DNA of 64,000 nt from the human T2T-CHM13v2.0 reference genome, Homo sapiens. Position 1 is the stretch's first letter, and every line of letters begins with the position of its first letter. Position numbers and translations under genes: made by a program. Shown in pieces: positions 27,093 to 41,529 of the stretch. The notes below the pieces were generated by a model. That model saw only the letters and a list, made by a program, of their open reading frames with translations, made no database searches and had not been told where the DNA came from. The stretch lies in NCBI RefSeq assembly GCF_009914755.1, contig NC_060926.1; one strand, written 5' to 3'.

Positions 27093-27567
27093 AGAAATTA
27101 TTTAGTTAATCACTAGGTTATTAAGTGTACATGTGACCATACCATAATTTTGACAGATTTCATATTTTATTCAAATTGAAAGTGGGTTTATATTTATATT
27201 CTGACAAACCAATTTGATTCAACAGATTATTCACGGGAATAATCAAACTAGTAATTTGATTTAAGAATAGCAATAATATATTTGATTTGAAATGGGACTC
27301 ACATTTTCTAAAATCAGTGCCAAACGTTTCTCCCACAGTACACAAATATGCATCTACAAATGTCTCACAGTGGCTCTCTTTGGATCTCCTGCTTCTCTGT
27401 GCCTCTACCAATCCACCTATCTGGGATCTTTTTCCTCCCCAGTGATTGTGGGCATTATTCTCTTCTCAGCCAATTGTTTTGACATAACCTAATAGATATT
27501 TAACTGAATTCCTGAAACTCATCTCTTGTTTTCCCATCAATTACCACGATTTCAGGGCTAGGCTAGA

Positions 27568-27736
27568 CCAGGGCTTCTGAAGCATTAATTATACATATGC
27601 ATCATCTGGGGATCCTATTAAAATGTAGATTCTTACTCAGCAGACATAGGGTGGGGCTCAAGCTTATGCATTTCTAATACAGTTTTATGCGATACCTTTG
27701 CTACTGGTCCTTAGACCATACTTTGAGAAGCAAGGG
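27568..27736. mobile_element. MER5A-type hAT-Charlie MITE
   Basis: atcatctggggatcctattaaaatgtagattc...gcatttctaa...gctactggtcc...accatactttgagaagc. Confidence 0.8.
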
Positions 27737-30700
27737 TATACATACACCACATTAAGTAATAGACTAATTCATTATAAAGAACTTTGATTTGATTGCTGAG
27801 AAACCTGGCTTTTTATCCCAACCTACAGGAATTAACCACATAAGCTAATTAAGTCACAAATTCCCTAGGTTTTCATTTCATTAAGATTAAATGTGGGCTC
27901 TATCTATCTTAGTCACTTTCCCTGCTCTAACATGGAATTTTCACATTAAATATAACACCACTACTAGTTACACTAAGTTACTGAGTATCTACCATATGCC
28001 ACATATTGCACCAGAAGCTACGCCTGTTATTTCTTTTTCATCTTCACGAAGACTCCGTAACATAAACTCCATGGCATCATTTTAAAATAGGAGCATTGGG
28101 GATTACAGAATAAACGCCTTTTCCAAGGCCACAGGGTGATTGGTGCTAGAGCCAAAATTTTACTTGAATGATTTGTAATTTTCCATTTAAAATTATATTT
28201 TATATGATTTATTGTCTAGTTTGTAAAGGCATTTTTGTATAAGCATATATATTTGATCTTAATGTCACATATTTATTTGTTAACATCTTGGCCACCACTT
28301 TTTCACTTAAAAAAGCTGAAATTCAGCATTAAAAATAAAATTTGTCCAACTTTAACTTTGCCTGCATAATGAGACAGAGAAGATAGCCTGTGATATTTAG
28401 TGACAAAATTAATGAATATTACCATCTTCTTTTTGCTTCAGCTCACATCTTTATTTTTCCCTATTGTTTTTACTTTTTGGATGACAAGGCATTCTCCAGA
28501 TTCAAAATTCAAAGCTCATTTAAAGAGTATTTAATAAAAAGAATCCCTCTAAATCCTGTCCCTGAGCCACGAGCTGCTCCTCTCCAGAGGCAACCAATAT
28601 TCGACTTTAAATTCATCCTGAAATACCTTATGCTTATATAAGCAAATCTTTTTCTTTTTTTATCTATTCATGTGACTCTATATTTTTACATGAGGAGCTA
28701 GCCGTTAAACCCAGGTCTCTTTTCATCAAAGGTCCACGCTTTCAAACTTTACAACATAAACCCTCTTTCTTATGAATACGCTATTTGTGTGTAGATACTG
28801 TATTACAAAACAAAAATACTTAGGTCCAAAGAGTGCCTGTGACATGAACTCCACTCGTTGCTTCAGTCCTGGGTCGATGGGATGCAAGGCCCTGCCAGAA
28901 CAGAGAGTAGGCAGACTGTACCCCTCCCTTCTTAGCACACTGCTCACAAGCAGGTGGGCACAGAGTCTGCAACAGCAGAGGCTGCACAACTCAAGGAAGT
29001 GATTCTGCCCAACTCCCACATGACAACCACACCAAACCTCGAGTACCATGGCTCAGCAGTCTACACCATGAAGACTATGGCGAAGACTTTGAGGTCCTTT
29101 TCTCACAAAAGTTAAGAGTATCATTCTCAACTGAATGAAAAGTACCATATATTTTCTAAACCACCAACAAATGCATTTGATTTACCAATAAATAAAATAT
29201 TATTATAGTGGTATTTATTTTTTCACTCAAGTATCAAAGCTACTCAGTGCATGAGTTTAAACAAGTTAAATTTTGAACTACATTTATGTTGAATTTTAAC
29301 TCAAAACACAGGAAAACAATAAACAATGCCAGATAAGGTTGAATTAACAAGCCAGCTGATTTATTTTTCTAGCTTCTGGGGCCAGTTGCTGGTGGCTTTG
29401 TTCATTCTATAGGTTTGCAAGTATGATATACTTCACTAAGCAGGATCTGGTTTGTATATCTTTTATTTTTTCTGATATAACCTCTTCTACAAAATAGCAA
29501 AGTAACATTGGGCCAGTTCCTTAATGGCCAACTTTCTGTGGTCATTCTTTTCAGCATGTGTAATACAAGGTGCTTAAAGTATGGATTTCCTTTATAAGGA
29601 AGTAAGAAACCCCGAGAAAAGAGAGATTTTGTCTCCATCACAAAAACAAAACAATGAGTGAATAATTTTTTTAAATCAGTCAATTCAAGTGGTACATATT
29701 GCATGAATCCAAGTGTTTAATTAATATTTTCATCATCAGCCCAATGACCTTCAAATCTTTTATTAAAAATACCTGTAAATTCACAGTCAAACCCAGAATT
29801 TTATTACCCATTTCAAAATTCCACTTCTCAATATAACATTATTATAGAGGGAAGCACTAGACAGAGATTGCAAAGTCAGTCCAGAAAAACAAAGGTAAAA
29901 TGAAATGGACTTTTAAAACTCTGCAGATACAGTTCCATCTGGAAAGCCATCACATACAACTGTCCAAGTGGAAAAAAAAAATAAAAAAGGACTGAGCACT
30001 CCCTACTCATATAAGATAAAAGAAAATTCTTTTTCTACCCTAAGATTCTGAAATTGCATTTTGCTATTTCCTTCCAATGTTAGAACAGTGTGATCCAGTA
30101 TTGGTGGCATGTATGCTAGCAGAGTGGAAAAAAAAACCCTCCAATCTCACACTCGGGAAGCTGATGCTGACAACATTTTTGGCAGATGGACTGTGATTTT
30201 CTCTCCTGTGAAACCAAACATTCCAATTAAAATGGTTCTCTGATTTTTGAGCAATGATAAAAGAAAAAAGAAGCTACATGAGGAGCAGACAGAAAAGTTA
30301 AACCTAAAAAAGAGCAAAAAGGAAAGAGAGATAAAGACAGGTGAGAAATATATATCAGAAATAAATGTGAAAGCTATACAACAGATAATCAGTTGGAAAA
30401 GGAGTAAAAGGAGAAATGTAGGCTGAAGATTATTTAAATAGAAGCAATGTAGTAGAAGCAGTGATATATGGCAAAAGTCAGTCTACAATACATGAAGTTT
30501 ATTTACTCTGGAATACACAAATTTCTCATTTCACTAGCTGTTTTAAGCCCAGTTGTTTGGTAGTGTGTGTTGAAGTTTTCATTTTAGGACCAAAAAAAAA
30601 AAAAAAAAACCCTCTTCTTTTATTTTATGGATTTATTGTGTGGTTCTCTCAGCTATTCAATAATCATGAATTAAACACTTTGTGTATGCCATTGACTCTG

Positions 30701-33525
30701 TGGTAGAATTCGCAGTACATATGTGTTTGCCAGGGAAAAAGTGTGTGTGTGTGTGCATGCACACGCACACATGTGTAGGCATGTAAAGAATATCTTAAAA
30801 TCAACATATTTTTCTTGATTTTCTAGGTTAACTAGGAGTTCTCAGTGCTCTATGTGTCCCCTTGAAACAGGTATTCCATGCCTTGATGGCTAATAACTCT
30901 CAAGATAATTGACCAACTTCATGGGTAAATAGCAGGGAAGAAGTTAGCCAGAATCTGATTCCTCCTGGGAGAGAATGCTGAATTGTTGTACTGTAGACTT
31001 AATTATTCTGGGAAACACATTTCTAGGAATCCCTTTCCTAAATGATTTTCTTTATTTCTAGGGTTAGAGTCGATCAAAAGTAAAGTTGGGTGGGACTGGG
31101 GAGATGAAGTGAAGTATCAGACGTCGTGTTCTGAAATTCCCATTAGTTAGTGGTGGTGAGAGACTTACAGGGAGGTTTTGGTGGGTTCCCGTATCTTCAC
31201 TCTTCCATTCTCCACTACCAGATCTCCTTCCCAGTTGCCATCCTGACCAACAATGATTGGTCTCAGATCCAACACCAGACACATGGCTGCAAACTCGTAG
31301 AGGCAGAAGCCACGAAGCACCAAAGGCTTTCATGGACTTCTTCATGTGTGATTTGACACAGGATGAAATAGAATTAAAGGGCAACTACTTCTTTAAATAC
31401 TGGAAGGCTGTGACCATGGTTAAGGATAGCACATCTGCATTTCCATCTATTTGTTTACAATTAAAAGAAGAAAATAGTATTTTTATTAGCAGTGCAATCC
31501 CCTTTCCAGTGCTTACCTTTCCCTGTCTCTGCCCCTTGCACACTAAGGGAAAGATATGAATGAATAATTTGATAAACTGCTTGGGACAGGGCCTGAAAGC
31601 CTCCAAGTCGAGCCTGTGTCATGCAACTGGCTGCTAACATGTCTTCTGGAGAATGGAGCTTCAACTAATTGAAGGACCTTTGTTTTGTTTAGGGGATATT
31701 GTATTTGGAAACCATTAAAATGCTAAGACAATAGGGGATATTGAAAATAACATTTTTGAAGAAATGCAATGAAAATAAGGAAGGTCTCTTAGAGAAACAT
31801 AATGGAGGAACAGAAATGTCGAATACAGATTTTATTAAGTTGTTTGCAGTATTCTATCAGATATGACCTCTCTTTTTTTCCATGGAAACCGGTAAAATCT
31901 ACATTTCTCACTCTTTGGTGGTGTAGATTTACTTTATCAATGTGAAATTTGCAGTGAATACAAGGATGGATAAACAACTCTTGAGTGCTTATCCAGGCAC
32001 TGCTCCAGCTGGGAATATGGTGTTGACCAAGATGGCCACATCTCCCTGTCAGTCTTACAACCCTGAAGACTATGAATGGAGACAACAATATTAACAGCTC
32101 ACAGTGCAGGCATAAAACAAGTGTTATTAAAGGAAATAGGGAAGAAAATCAAGAGAATGCACCTAGTCCCACAAGCTCTTACCAGCCCACTGAGAAGTGT
32201 GCTTGATCACATCACCATGAAACATTCCATGATTGTGATCCTAGAAAGGGAACTCATCTCTGTGCTTCTTTACTTATTTACAGGAAACTTGGAAAGAGTC
32301 AGGAAGCATAAAGCCAGCAATCAGGTAACTGGGGAGATGTTTGGCCTGTGAAACAATTTGCTAGAAAAACAAATATCCGGGGCTTGAACCTACAAACAGA
32401 TTCACTGGAGTTAAATTCAGAGGGATATATTATGATGTCCAACTGCACAGTGGACCTAACCACTAGGTGATTATGAAAGTCCCCTATATTAACTATGGAA
32501 ATTTGGCTTCAGTACTACCTAGACAAATGGTGCTTTTCCATGGGTAGAACCTTGCCAAGATCTTCACAAAGCCATTTTCACAGTTTCCTCTTGGGAAACA
32601 ACGGTAATCCTAATAATAACGTAAAAGATCTCTTTATGAAAAAAAGGTTTCTGTCTAATAGGACAGGTCATTCTAGCAAATAGTAAAATCTGGGGAAAAC
32701 ATACAAAGAACAGTAACTCACCTAGATTTGAAAAGTGGGGATGGGCACGTTTTACATTTATTCTAATTGTAAGCAAAAGTTGCGGGACATCTGGTACTAT
32801 GGAAACAGTGACAGATGCTAGTAAAGTTGTGCTGTGATTATAAATTGTATTTTCATATTGAAGACCTCTAGGTGTTTACATACGCTGGTAGAGTTCAGTT
32901 TCACTGCAGGGATCTCAGAAGTAGGGTGAGGCATTAAGCCCTGAATATTTTAATTGGTCTCAATATACTAATTGGTCTGAAAATGACAGTTATGTAAAAA
33001 TCTCAGGGTCAGAGATCTGCATTATTTACTGGTGAAACAAGTTTTCAATTCTTTAACTAGAATAAAGAAATGAGTATTTGCTGAGTGACTTGCTTGCAGA
33101 AAAGTTGAGATAAATTCATAAATAAATCTATTACAAAGCCTGACTGAAAACGAATGGCTTACTTTACACATTAGGACTTAAAATGCAGCACTCCATATGG
33201 GAAAGGCATTCTTAATCTCTTCATTGTTATTTAATTTAACATGTGGAGCAACAGGTTCATTAATCACTTCATATTAATATTCAAGTGAGAGTGAAGATGC
33301 TGGGACACGTTCTATTCCAAATAGCGATTCTATTTGGCTGGGCGTTGTCTTAGGCATGATGGAGAGGGAACAGGAAGGAAGATTAACTTTCTGCTACACT
33401 TATTTCTGCTTCATTATCCTGGAAGTCTTTTATGAACCATTAGTAATACTTAACCAGGGTAAAGCCAATCTTGATGTCTGCCCAATTTAATAAACAAAAC
33501 CTCTTTAATTTAAAGCTTATGTGTT

Positions 33526-33885
<360 letters not shown>

Positions 33886-34199
33886 TCATGATAAGAAAGA
33901 ATGATCATTTATTTCATCCTACATTTTCTCTCATCTTTGGAGGCATATGGTAGCTAATAAGAAAAGAAAAGAAAAGAAAAACTACTATTTATTGAGATCT
34001 TGAGCTAGGCCTTTGCTTTTTATTTGCATTGTTATCTAATAAGTTAACATACATGTGAAAAAAAAATCTTCTCTTCTAATATACTCTCTGAAAACTGGAA
34101 TACATATAGTGAAACATAAGAAAAGGATTATATAACTTACAATAGTTAGGTTGCCTGTTGAAAGTTTAGATTGTTATTGGTGAATATTAAGCATTATGA

Positions 34200-34365
34200 A
34201 ATATTAATGGTAATGTGTTGTAAGCTTTAGAAAGTTAATCTTATTTAATTCTCATGATGGCTCTATGAGGTAAATATTTTTATTCCTATTTAATAGTCAA
34301 GGCAGCTGAGGTTTAGAGATGTTAAGTAATTTGCCCAAGGTCACACAACTAATAAGTGTTAGAGG
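34200..34365 (-). mobile_element. MIR
   Basis: ctgaggtttagagatgttaagtaatttgcccaaggtcacacaactaataagtg core. Confidence 0.75.
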
Positions 34366-36519
34366 TGAAAAATAAAATGCAATGCTTGTGCTCTTATACA
34401 TGCAAAAAATTGCATAAGTAGTCTCTTCAGTAAATTTACTATGCAGCATTTAGTAGCCTGTAACCTAAAAAAGTAAGAATATGCTGTGCTTAAAGTCCAA
34501 GAATTTTCCAAGACCTCTTTGGTTGTTCGGTGAAGCCTGGAGAACCCCCTCAAGTATATCTAAGGCTAGTTAATAGCTCAAACAGGATCATATTCACATA
34601 ATGCAGGCTTTATCTTTTGCTGCCTTGTTAAGATTCAGTTTGAGCAGCCTTCCAGGTTAGGGGAGGTTGTCATTGGTTCTTGCCTTGACCTGACATATAG
34701 CCATCGTTCATTTCCAGGATGAATTTCTGTTCTGTATTAATGAACAAGGTGCAGAACATGAAATACAGGACTCATTACATTTCTTGGTTTTCTTCAAGAT
34801 CTTTGCTTACTTCTGGCTTAAATCAAATGAAATTGTTTTCCTGGGTCTTGGTGACCCTCTAAAATAAGGAGACTCTTTGGGAAGCTCAGTTGGCAGTCTG
34901 GGTTGTACAGAACTTTTAGCTCACTCCTGCCTCTCATTTTCATCACAGAAGATCCTCACCTTTTGAGCATCTTATTCAATACAATTTGAGTTATGGGAAC
35001 TTTTTAATTACCCTTTCTGGAACCCTTTGTTTGAAATCTTCATTTTAGTTTTCAGAAGATAATGCAATCAAAACTGGACTTATTTTATTTTAAATATCTT
35101 CCTAAGTCCCTTCTTTTTAGTAACACCAATACTAGTTATGCTTTTTAGCTTCTTCTGCCCTCTAGGTAGAAGGTGTCATCCAATTATGTCGCTACAAGTT
35201 TCCTTATGTCTCTTTCCTTATAAGTTAAAATCTCATTAGATTTTATGAAAAGTTTCAGTAATATGCAGTGTATTGCAATTACGAGCCTTGGCGTCTGTCT
35301 TAATATGATCTTGCTCGAACTTTGAAAATACTTATTCATAGCTGTTTGCCTCATTATGCACCAAGCTAAAGCTTGCTAAAACTGAAACCATTTTCATGCC
35401 TCCACGATGTCATGGAAGGAAGTGAGGATCTCCTAGTAGATTTCCTTTTTTCCTTCTAAAGCAGTCAAGAGCACAGCAAGATGTTGCTGAAGGTATTTAA
35501 AGGAAAATGAGGTCATGGTGTCACCAGAAAAGGTCACTGGGCTGGCTTCCGTGAGTCTTCACATCTGACACTCAGCTCCTCAGGCTCAGAAGCTCAGTCT
35601 TGACAGGGGTAACCCAGATTTGATTAGATCTGAATATGGAGTTACATTACACTTCTCATGAAATAATTTTCAAAACAAGAATGACAAGAAATTAATTTGC
35701 AATGAGGTAGATAACTGCCAGTGGAATCAGACACTCACATCTTCTGGTAGATATTCTCTTCTTGTAACATAGTAAATGAAAGCCAAATCATGGTCAAAAG
35801 TTGCTTAGCATTTTAACAGGTGCATCATTATGATTTGAATACTTAAGACCCTCAAGATAGCACAACCTGATGCATTTATGTAAAATGTGCTTGTTACTAA
35901 GACCATATAGGCTGAATCCTTGATTAGGCCTCCTTCTCCCAGGGCACTGCTTAAACAGACATTGCCAGTACTCCCATGTTCTAGTACTAACCAATCCATT
36001 CTTCTGCCCTACAATTGATTTAAAAAGTAGAACTTTTGGGACCATTATATTTTAAGTGGTTTTTGTTAAAAGGACTATTGTATCTTAAAGTGACTCTGAC
36101 CTCATCCGTAAGGTGTTCATTTGTAGTTATTCCTCTTAAGAGTAACTTTATTTCCCCATTTCACCACGTTCACCTCCAATTCAGTGCATGATGGTGCACT
36201 GGAAAGAGTTTATCACAACAGGAGTCATGAGGCCAACTCCAAGAGACAAGGAATACATATACAAGGACACACACTTGGTACGGTCAGACAAATAACAGGA
36301 TGTTTCACTTTGTATTAAATTAACTTGGGATAATTCCCAAGATCCAAGGTAGATCTCAAAAATGAACCTTCTAGGAAAGAACAAAAGCATCTACTGGAAC
36401 CTGGCAGGAATTTCAGGGACGCTTGTTCTAGAACTCAAGATAAACTTTAAAATGGAAGTACAAAAACAATTCTTTTTAGGAAAAGAATTGTTAAGTGAAT
36501 CTTAAGGCATCAGAGCATG

Positions 36520-36750
36520 ATGCTTATGATCATGAGTTTTAGGGTCAACCAGAGCTGGCTCTGCCACGTCTTAACTGTGCGAATTTGATTAGCTTCAATA
36601 ACCGGAGCCTGTTTTTCTTTATCTGCAAGACTGGGGAAATAAGAATGCCTACCTCACAAGGGCAGGAGGGTTAAAAAAGGCAGTTCATGAAAAGATTGAA
36701 TTCAGTATGTGTACTGCAGACAGCACTCAGTAAGTGAAAGTTGCTATTTA
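36520..36750 (+). mobile_element. MIR
   Basis: ggctctgccac...gagcctgtttttctttatctgcaagactggggaaataagaatgcctacctcaca. Confidence 0.65.
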
Positions 36751-37029
36751 TTGGATTAAAGGGTTGGTTTTATTTTATTTAAGAAGGATTATCAATTGAG
36801 GGCTTCAGAGCAACACTGTACTTTATTTACAAAATAAAAATATGCAATTGGGAATTAGTTTCAGCCATTACGAACTACGAAATATTGTGTACATATATAT
36901 ACATATATATGTGTATATAATGCCTGTATGTATATATATATTATGTTTATGAGCATATACGATACTTAATTGTGAAATGCTCCTTAACTGATTGTGAAGC
37001 AGGTTTATTGCGCACTGTTTGTTGTTTAT

Positions 37030-37489
37030 TGTGCACTGGCTCCCAGCTTGTCTGAGTCTGGTGAGACAAAACACACTCATATGCAACAAGTTATATGAAG
37101 TGGATTCATTTCTTACAGATAGGCAGCAAGAGACAGCAGATATCAAGGATTCATTGTGAAACAGTCCCCCCAGGTTCAGAAAACTACCAAGAGAGATGGA
37201 GTCTCAAGTCCACTGGCACCATTTATACTGCTGAAGAGGGATCCTGAAAGGCAGCCAACCCTAGGTTATATAACTTGTGGTCACAGGAATCACGGGGCTA
37301 AAGCACTGTGGACATCCTCTTTTTAGGTGGGAGGACTGGAATGGAGGCCAGACTGCCCCATCTAGTTCCTCCCTATCTCAGGGCATTGCATTCCCAGCAC
37401 ATTCTACAATTATTCTTGAGAACTACAAGTGAGAAAAGGGGAAGAACAGAGCAGGTCCAAGGTCACACAGAGAACTGCCTAGTTGCAAC
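37030..37489 (-). mobile_element. ERVL-type solo LTR (MER54/MER74/LTR53-like; subfamily uncertain)
   Basis: ~460-bp block with TG...CA ends (tgtgcac...gttgcaaca) and LTR-like composition, including ggttatataac (TATA region on the minus strand). Confidence 0.5.
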
Positions 37490-37869
37490 AAACACGTATG
37501 CCACAGAAATGAAGCAGTTTAAGGGATGGCCTCCAGAACCTGAACGCATGCTTTTCAGTGCTGTCTTCTTCCCTTACTGGCTGTATGGACTTGGGCAACT
37601 TATGCGGTCTCTTTGGACATATAAAAGGCTTGTATTTACCCTCTACGTTTCTAGATTTGAACCCTGTAAAATGATCACCAGGTAGGAAAAGAGTCACAGT
37701 TATATAAGAACATTCAGAATTACATTCTCTAGTAATCTAAATTAATCTTATCTCTATTTGATAGTTTTCTGGTTCTCTCACTATACTTGGGCATGGATCT
37801 CAACAAAAAATACTGCCTCTCTGGGCACATGATTTTTGTTCTTTACAATAAGATATAGCATAATGGCTG

Positions 37870-38065
37870 ACTTCAATTCATTTTCCAGCTATGCCTTATT
37901 GAGTTTGTGACCTTGGACAAACTTCTCAAAACCTTGATTTTCTTTTTAGTAAAATGGTTATAATAATAATGACCCTTTCATAAGGTTTTTGTAAGAAGTA
38001 AATGGTGTAATGCATATAAAACATTGAATACATATTTGACCTGGAGGAAATATTCAATGAATTCT
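37870..38065 (+). mobile_element. MIR
   Basis: tgtgaccttggacaaact...gtaaaatggttataataataat...aaatggtgtaatgcatataaaaca. Confidence 0.7.
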
Positions 38066-38343
38066 ATTTTTTATTTTAGTACAGAACATACAACAGTGAT
38101 TGTAAACAGTATTGAGTATGGAAGGAGAATGTGTAGTGTAAAAAAAAAATCCTCCATTTAGTAATAAATTATTTTATCTGGGGAAAAAAATCAGGTATAT
38201 TTTAAGGGCAATAGAAGCTACAAACAAGACTTTATTCCCATGAAAAATTTACAAAGAAAATCAAGAATTTTTTAAAAAATTTGAATACTTTCTAATCAAA
38301 TGTACTATACACATCAGGAAAAGGAAAAATTAAACTGGATCTA

Positions 38344-38442
38344 TTAGGTTGGTGCACAAGTAATTGCAGTTTTTGCCATTAAAAGTAATGATACAAGTAA
38401 TTTGCCATTACAAAAACTGTAATTACTTGTGAACCAACCTAA
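38344..38442. mobile_element. MADE1 MITE with both TIRs and an enlarged centre
   Basis: TTAGGTTGGTGCACAAGTAATTG...TAATTACTTGTGAACCAACCTAA, flanked by TA on both sides. Confidence 0.93.
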
Positions 38443-39053
38443 TAAGAGTCTTAGAGAAGATCTAATAAAGGAAGCAAAACTTAACTTCTACTTTGAAAGA
38501 TTAAAAAATGCTAACCCATTATACTTTGAGTTCTTAAGATGTTAGGATGTGTCTGGATGGTACTAAGTACTTATTTTTATTTTTTTAAAATAATTTCAAC
38601 TTGTGTTTTAGATTCGAGGGGGTACATGTTTAGGTTTGGAAAACTACAAAGCCTCTTTGATATGGATGAGGGGTCCCCAACCCCCAGGCCATGGACCAGA
38701 ACTGGTCTTTGGCCTGTTGGGAACTGGGTCACACAGTAAGAGGTGAGTGGTGAACAAGCGAGCAAACTTTCATCTGTATTTATAGCCACTCCCCATCACT
38801 TGCATTACTGCCTGAGCTCCACTTCCTGTCAGATCAGCAGCGGCATTAGATTCTCATAGGAGTGTGGACCCTATTATGAACTGTGCATGTGAAGGATCTA
38901 GGTTGTGAGCTCCTTATGAGAATCTAATGCCTGATGATCTGAGGTAGAACTGAGGCAGTGATGCTTGCCCAGAGGAATGGCTGCAAATACAGATTAACAT
39001 TAGCAAAGAGCTTTGACTTCACAGAGACCATAATAAATCATTTGCTTGCAGAC

Positions 39054-39432
39054 TGTTCTAGTTCATTTTCATGCTGCTATGAAGAAATACCCAAGACTCG
39101 GTAATTTATAAAGGAAAGAGGTTTAATTGACTCACAGTTTCACATGGCTATGGAGGCCTCAGGAAACTTACAATCATGGTGGAAGGGGAAGCAAACACGT
39201 CCTTCTTCACATGGCAACAGGAGAGAGAAGTGCTCAGCGGAGGGGGAGAAAAACCTTTATAAAACCATCATATTCCAAGAAAACTCACTCACTATCACAA
39301 GAACAGCATAGGGGAACACCCCCATGATCGAAATCACCTCCCACAAGGTCCCTCCCCCAACACGTGGGTATTACAATTTGAATTACAATTCAAGATGAGA
39401 TGTGGGTGGGAACACAGAGCCAGATCATATCA
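39054..39432 (-). mobile_element. THE1 (THE1C/D-like) MaLR solo LTR nested in Charlie3
   Basis: 379 bp, tg...tatca ends, exact 5-bp TSD cagac (39049-39053, 39433-39437), ggaagcaaacacgtccttcttcacatggc motif. Confidence 0.92.
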
Positions 39433-39699
39433 CAGACTCATATCAAAACCCTTTTAGTAGGTGGCAGGTAACAATTAAGCTGCCCCTGGTGGCAGGCTTT
39501 ATAGTGCCAAGTGAGTTCAGGTACTTCAATTGTATAGCTACATCTCATGGCAGGCTTTATGTCAGAATCTGACATTTATTTTAGTTTGCACATGGCCCAC
39601 CCATTATTTTACTTACCACTTTCATGTACATCTCTTTTTTCCACTGTGCACTCATCTCCAGCACGCTTTTGGTAAGCCCACAAGCTAACCCTAGCCAAA

Positions 39700-41529
39700 A
39701 TGGGTATAGAACAAACATCACTGGAGATCTTCCTTGCAAAGGGAGAAAGACCAAATAATGAGAGAGCAGAAGACTCTAAGACTGCCAACAAAAAGTAAGC
39801 TGCATTTAAAGGAAAATACCAAGGGTCCTACATAAATTACACGTTCATTACAATAGTTTATTCACATTCTCCAAGCCCACTTTGTATAATATGTGGGGAC
39901 TAGCTATCCAACAAAGCTGTGAACTCTTTAAAACTGCTTCGCCACATGGAAACCAAGCACCCTGTATTAAATCACAAGACTTTGGAGTTTTTCAAAAGAA
40001 ATAAACATGAAAACAGAGAACAGAAGCAATTATCGAAGGCCACCATTTCATCAAATGTGTCTGCACTGAGAGCATCATTCTTAATGGCTAACCACATTGC
40101 TAAAGTAAAGAAGTCCTTTACTATTGGTGAAGAGTTGATCCTGCCTCCTGGTAATAATATTTGTTGTTAACTTTTAGGAGAGGCTGCAGGTCAAAAGGTG
40201 GCACATGTTCCTCTTTTGGCTGGCACCGTAACTAGATGAATTGATGAAATGGCAGAGGATATTGAGGCACAATTGCTAAAGAGGATGAATGAGCCACTGT
40301 AGTATTCAATCCAGGTTGATGAGTCTACCCATGTTGACAACAGGTAACAATGCTTGTTTTTGTGCAATGTGGCTTTTAGGAGGATGTGCGTGAGGATAAG
40401 TCATGTGCATTTTGTTTTGCCAACCAACACTACAGCTGCACAACTATTCAAGTCTTTGAATAATTATGTATCAGGACAACTGAATTGGTCATATCGTGTC
40501 GGTGCGTGCATGGATGGAGCAGCTGTCATGGCTGCGTGGCTTTCTGGTTTCACTGCTTGGGTCAAAGAGGTTGCTTCTGAATATGAGTCTACGCACTGTG
40601 TCCTTCATAGAGAAATGCTGGCTAGCCAAAAAAACGTCAGCAGAACTTAACAACATTTTGCAGGATGTGATTAAAATTAACAACCACGTTAACGTACATG
40701 CCCTTAACTCACGTCTGTTCATGCAGCTCTGTGAGGAGATGGACACAGAGCAAACACATCTCTCAGACACAGAAGTGAGATGGCTTTCTATACGTAGATC
40801 CCTGGCCAGAGATTTTGAGTTATGAGAGCCACTTCAGAAATAGCACATTTCAATGACACAGAATGGGATACAAAACTTGCTTACTTATGTGACATATTCA
40901 ACCTGCTCAACGAACTCAATCTGTCGCTTCAGTGGAGAATGACCACTGTGTTCAAGTTGGCAGATAAAGTGGCTGCATTCAAAGACAAACTGGAATTATG
41001 GGGCAACAAGTGAACATCAGGATTTCTGGCATGTTTGAAACATTAGCAGAGATTTTGGAAGAGATGGAGCCAGAGGCTTCTTTCTCCCAGCTTGTGCATG
41101 ATCACCTAATTCAGCTTACAAAAGAATTTGAGCATTACTTCCCAACCACAGAACACCCCCAGACTGGGAAGGAATGGATCCGTGATCCATTTGTGAATAA
41201 GCCAAGTGAATCGACTTTGTCTGTGCTAGAAGAGGATCAACTGCTCGAGATCACAAATGATGGTGGCCTTAAAAGGTATGTTTGAGACAACTTCAAATCC
41301 TAATCATCAAGGTCAAATAGGTGTGACAAAAGCATCCAAAAGCCTGCTTCCATTTCCAACATCCTATCTTGGTGAAGCAGGGTTTTCTGCAGTGACAGCA
41401 ACCAAAATGAGATTACGGAGTAGACTGGACATAAGCAACATAAGCAACACATTTCGGGTGTCACTGTCTACCATCACCCACAGATGGGACCATCTAGTTG
41501 CAGGAAAACAAGCTCAGGGCTCCCACTGA
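39700..41529 (+). pseudogene. Decayed hAT/Buster-family transposase (related to the ZBED5/SCAND3/ZBED8 type)
   Basis: ATG at 39700; BED finger CIICGD...RHMETKH; QVDEST, CMDGA, HCVLH, EVRWLS and PTSYLGEAGFS motifs spread over several frames; in-frame stops at 39796 and 39901 plus frameshifts. Confidence 0.9.

Noticed and set aside
28726-29100. GC-richer unique block with overlapping 107-aa and 76-aa ORFs
   Set aside because: No recognisable protein, splice pair or polyA/TSD signature of a retrocopy.
39700-41529. Functional domesticated ZBED/Buster gene
   Set aside because: Multiple stops and frameshifts; retained TIRs and TSD fit a neutral fossil.
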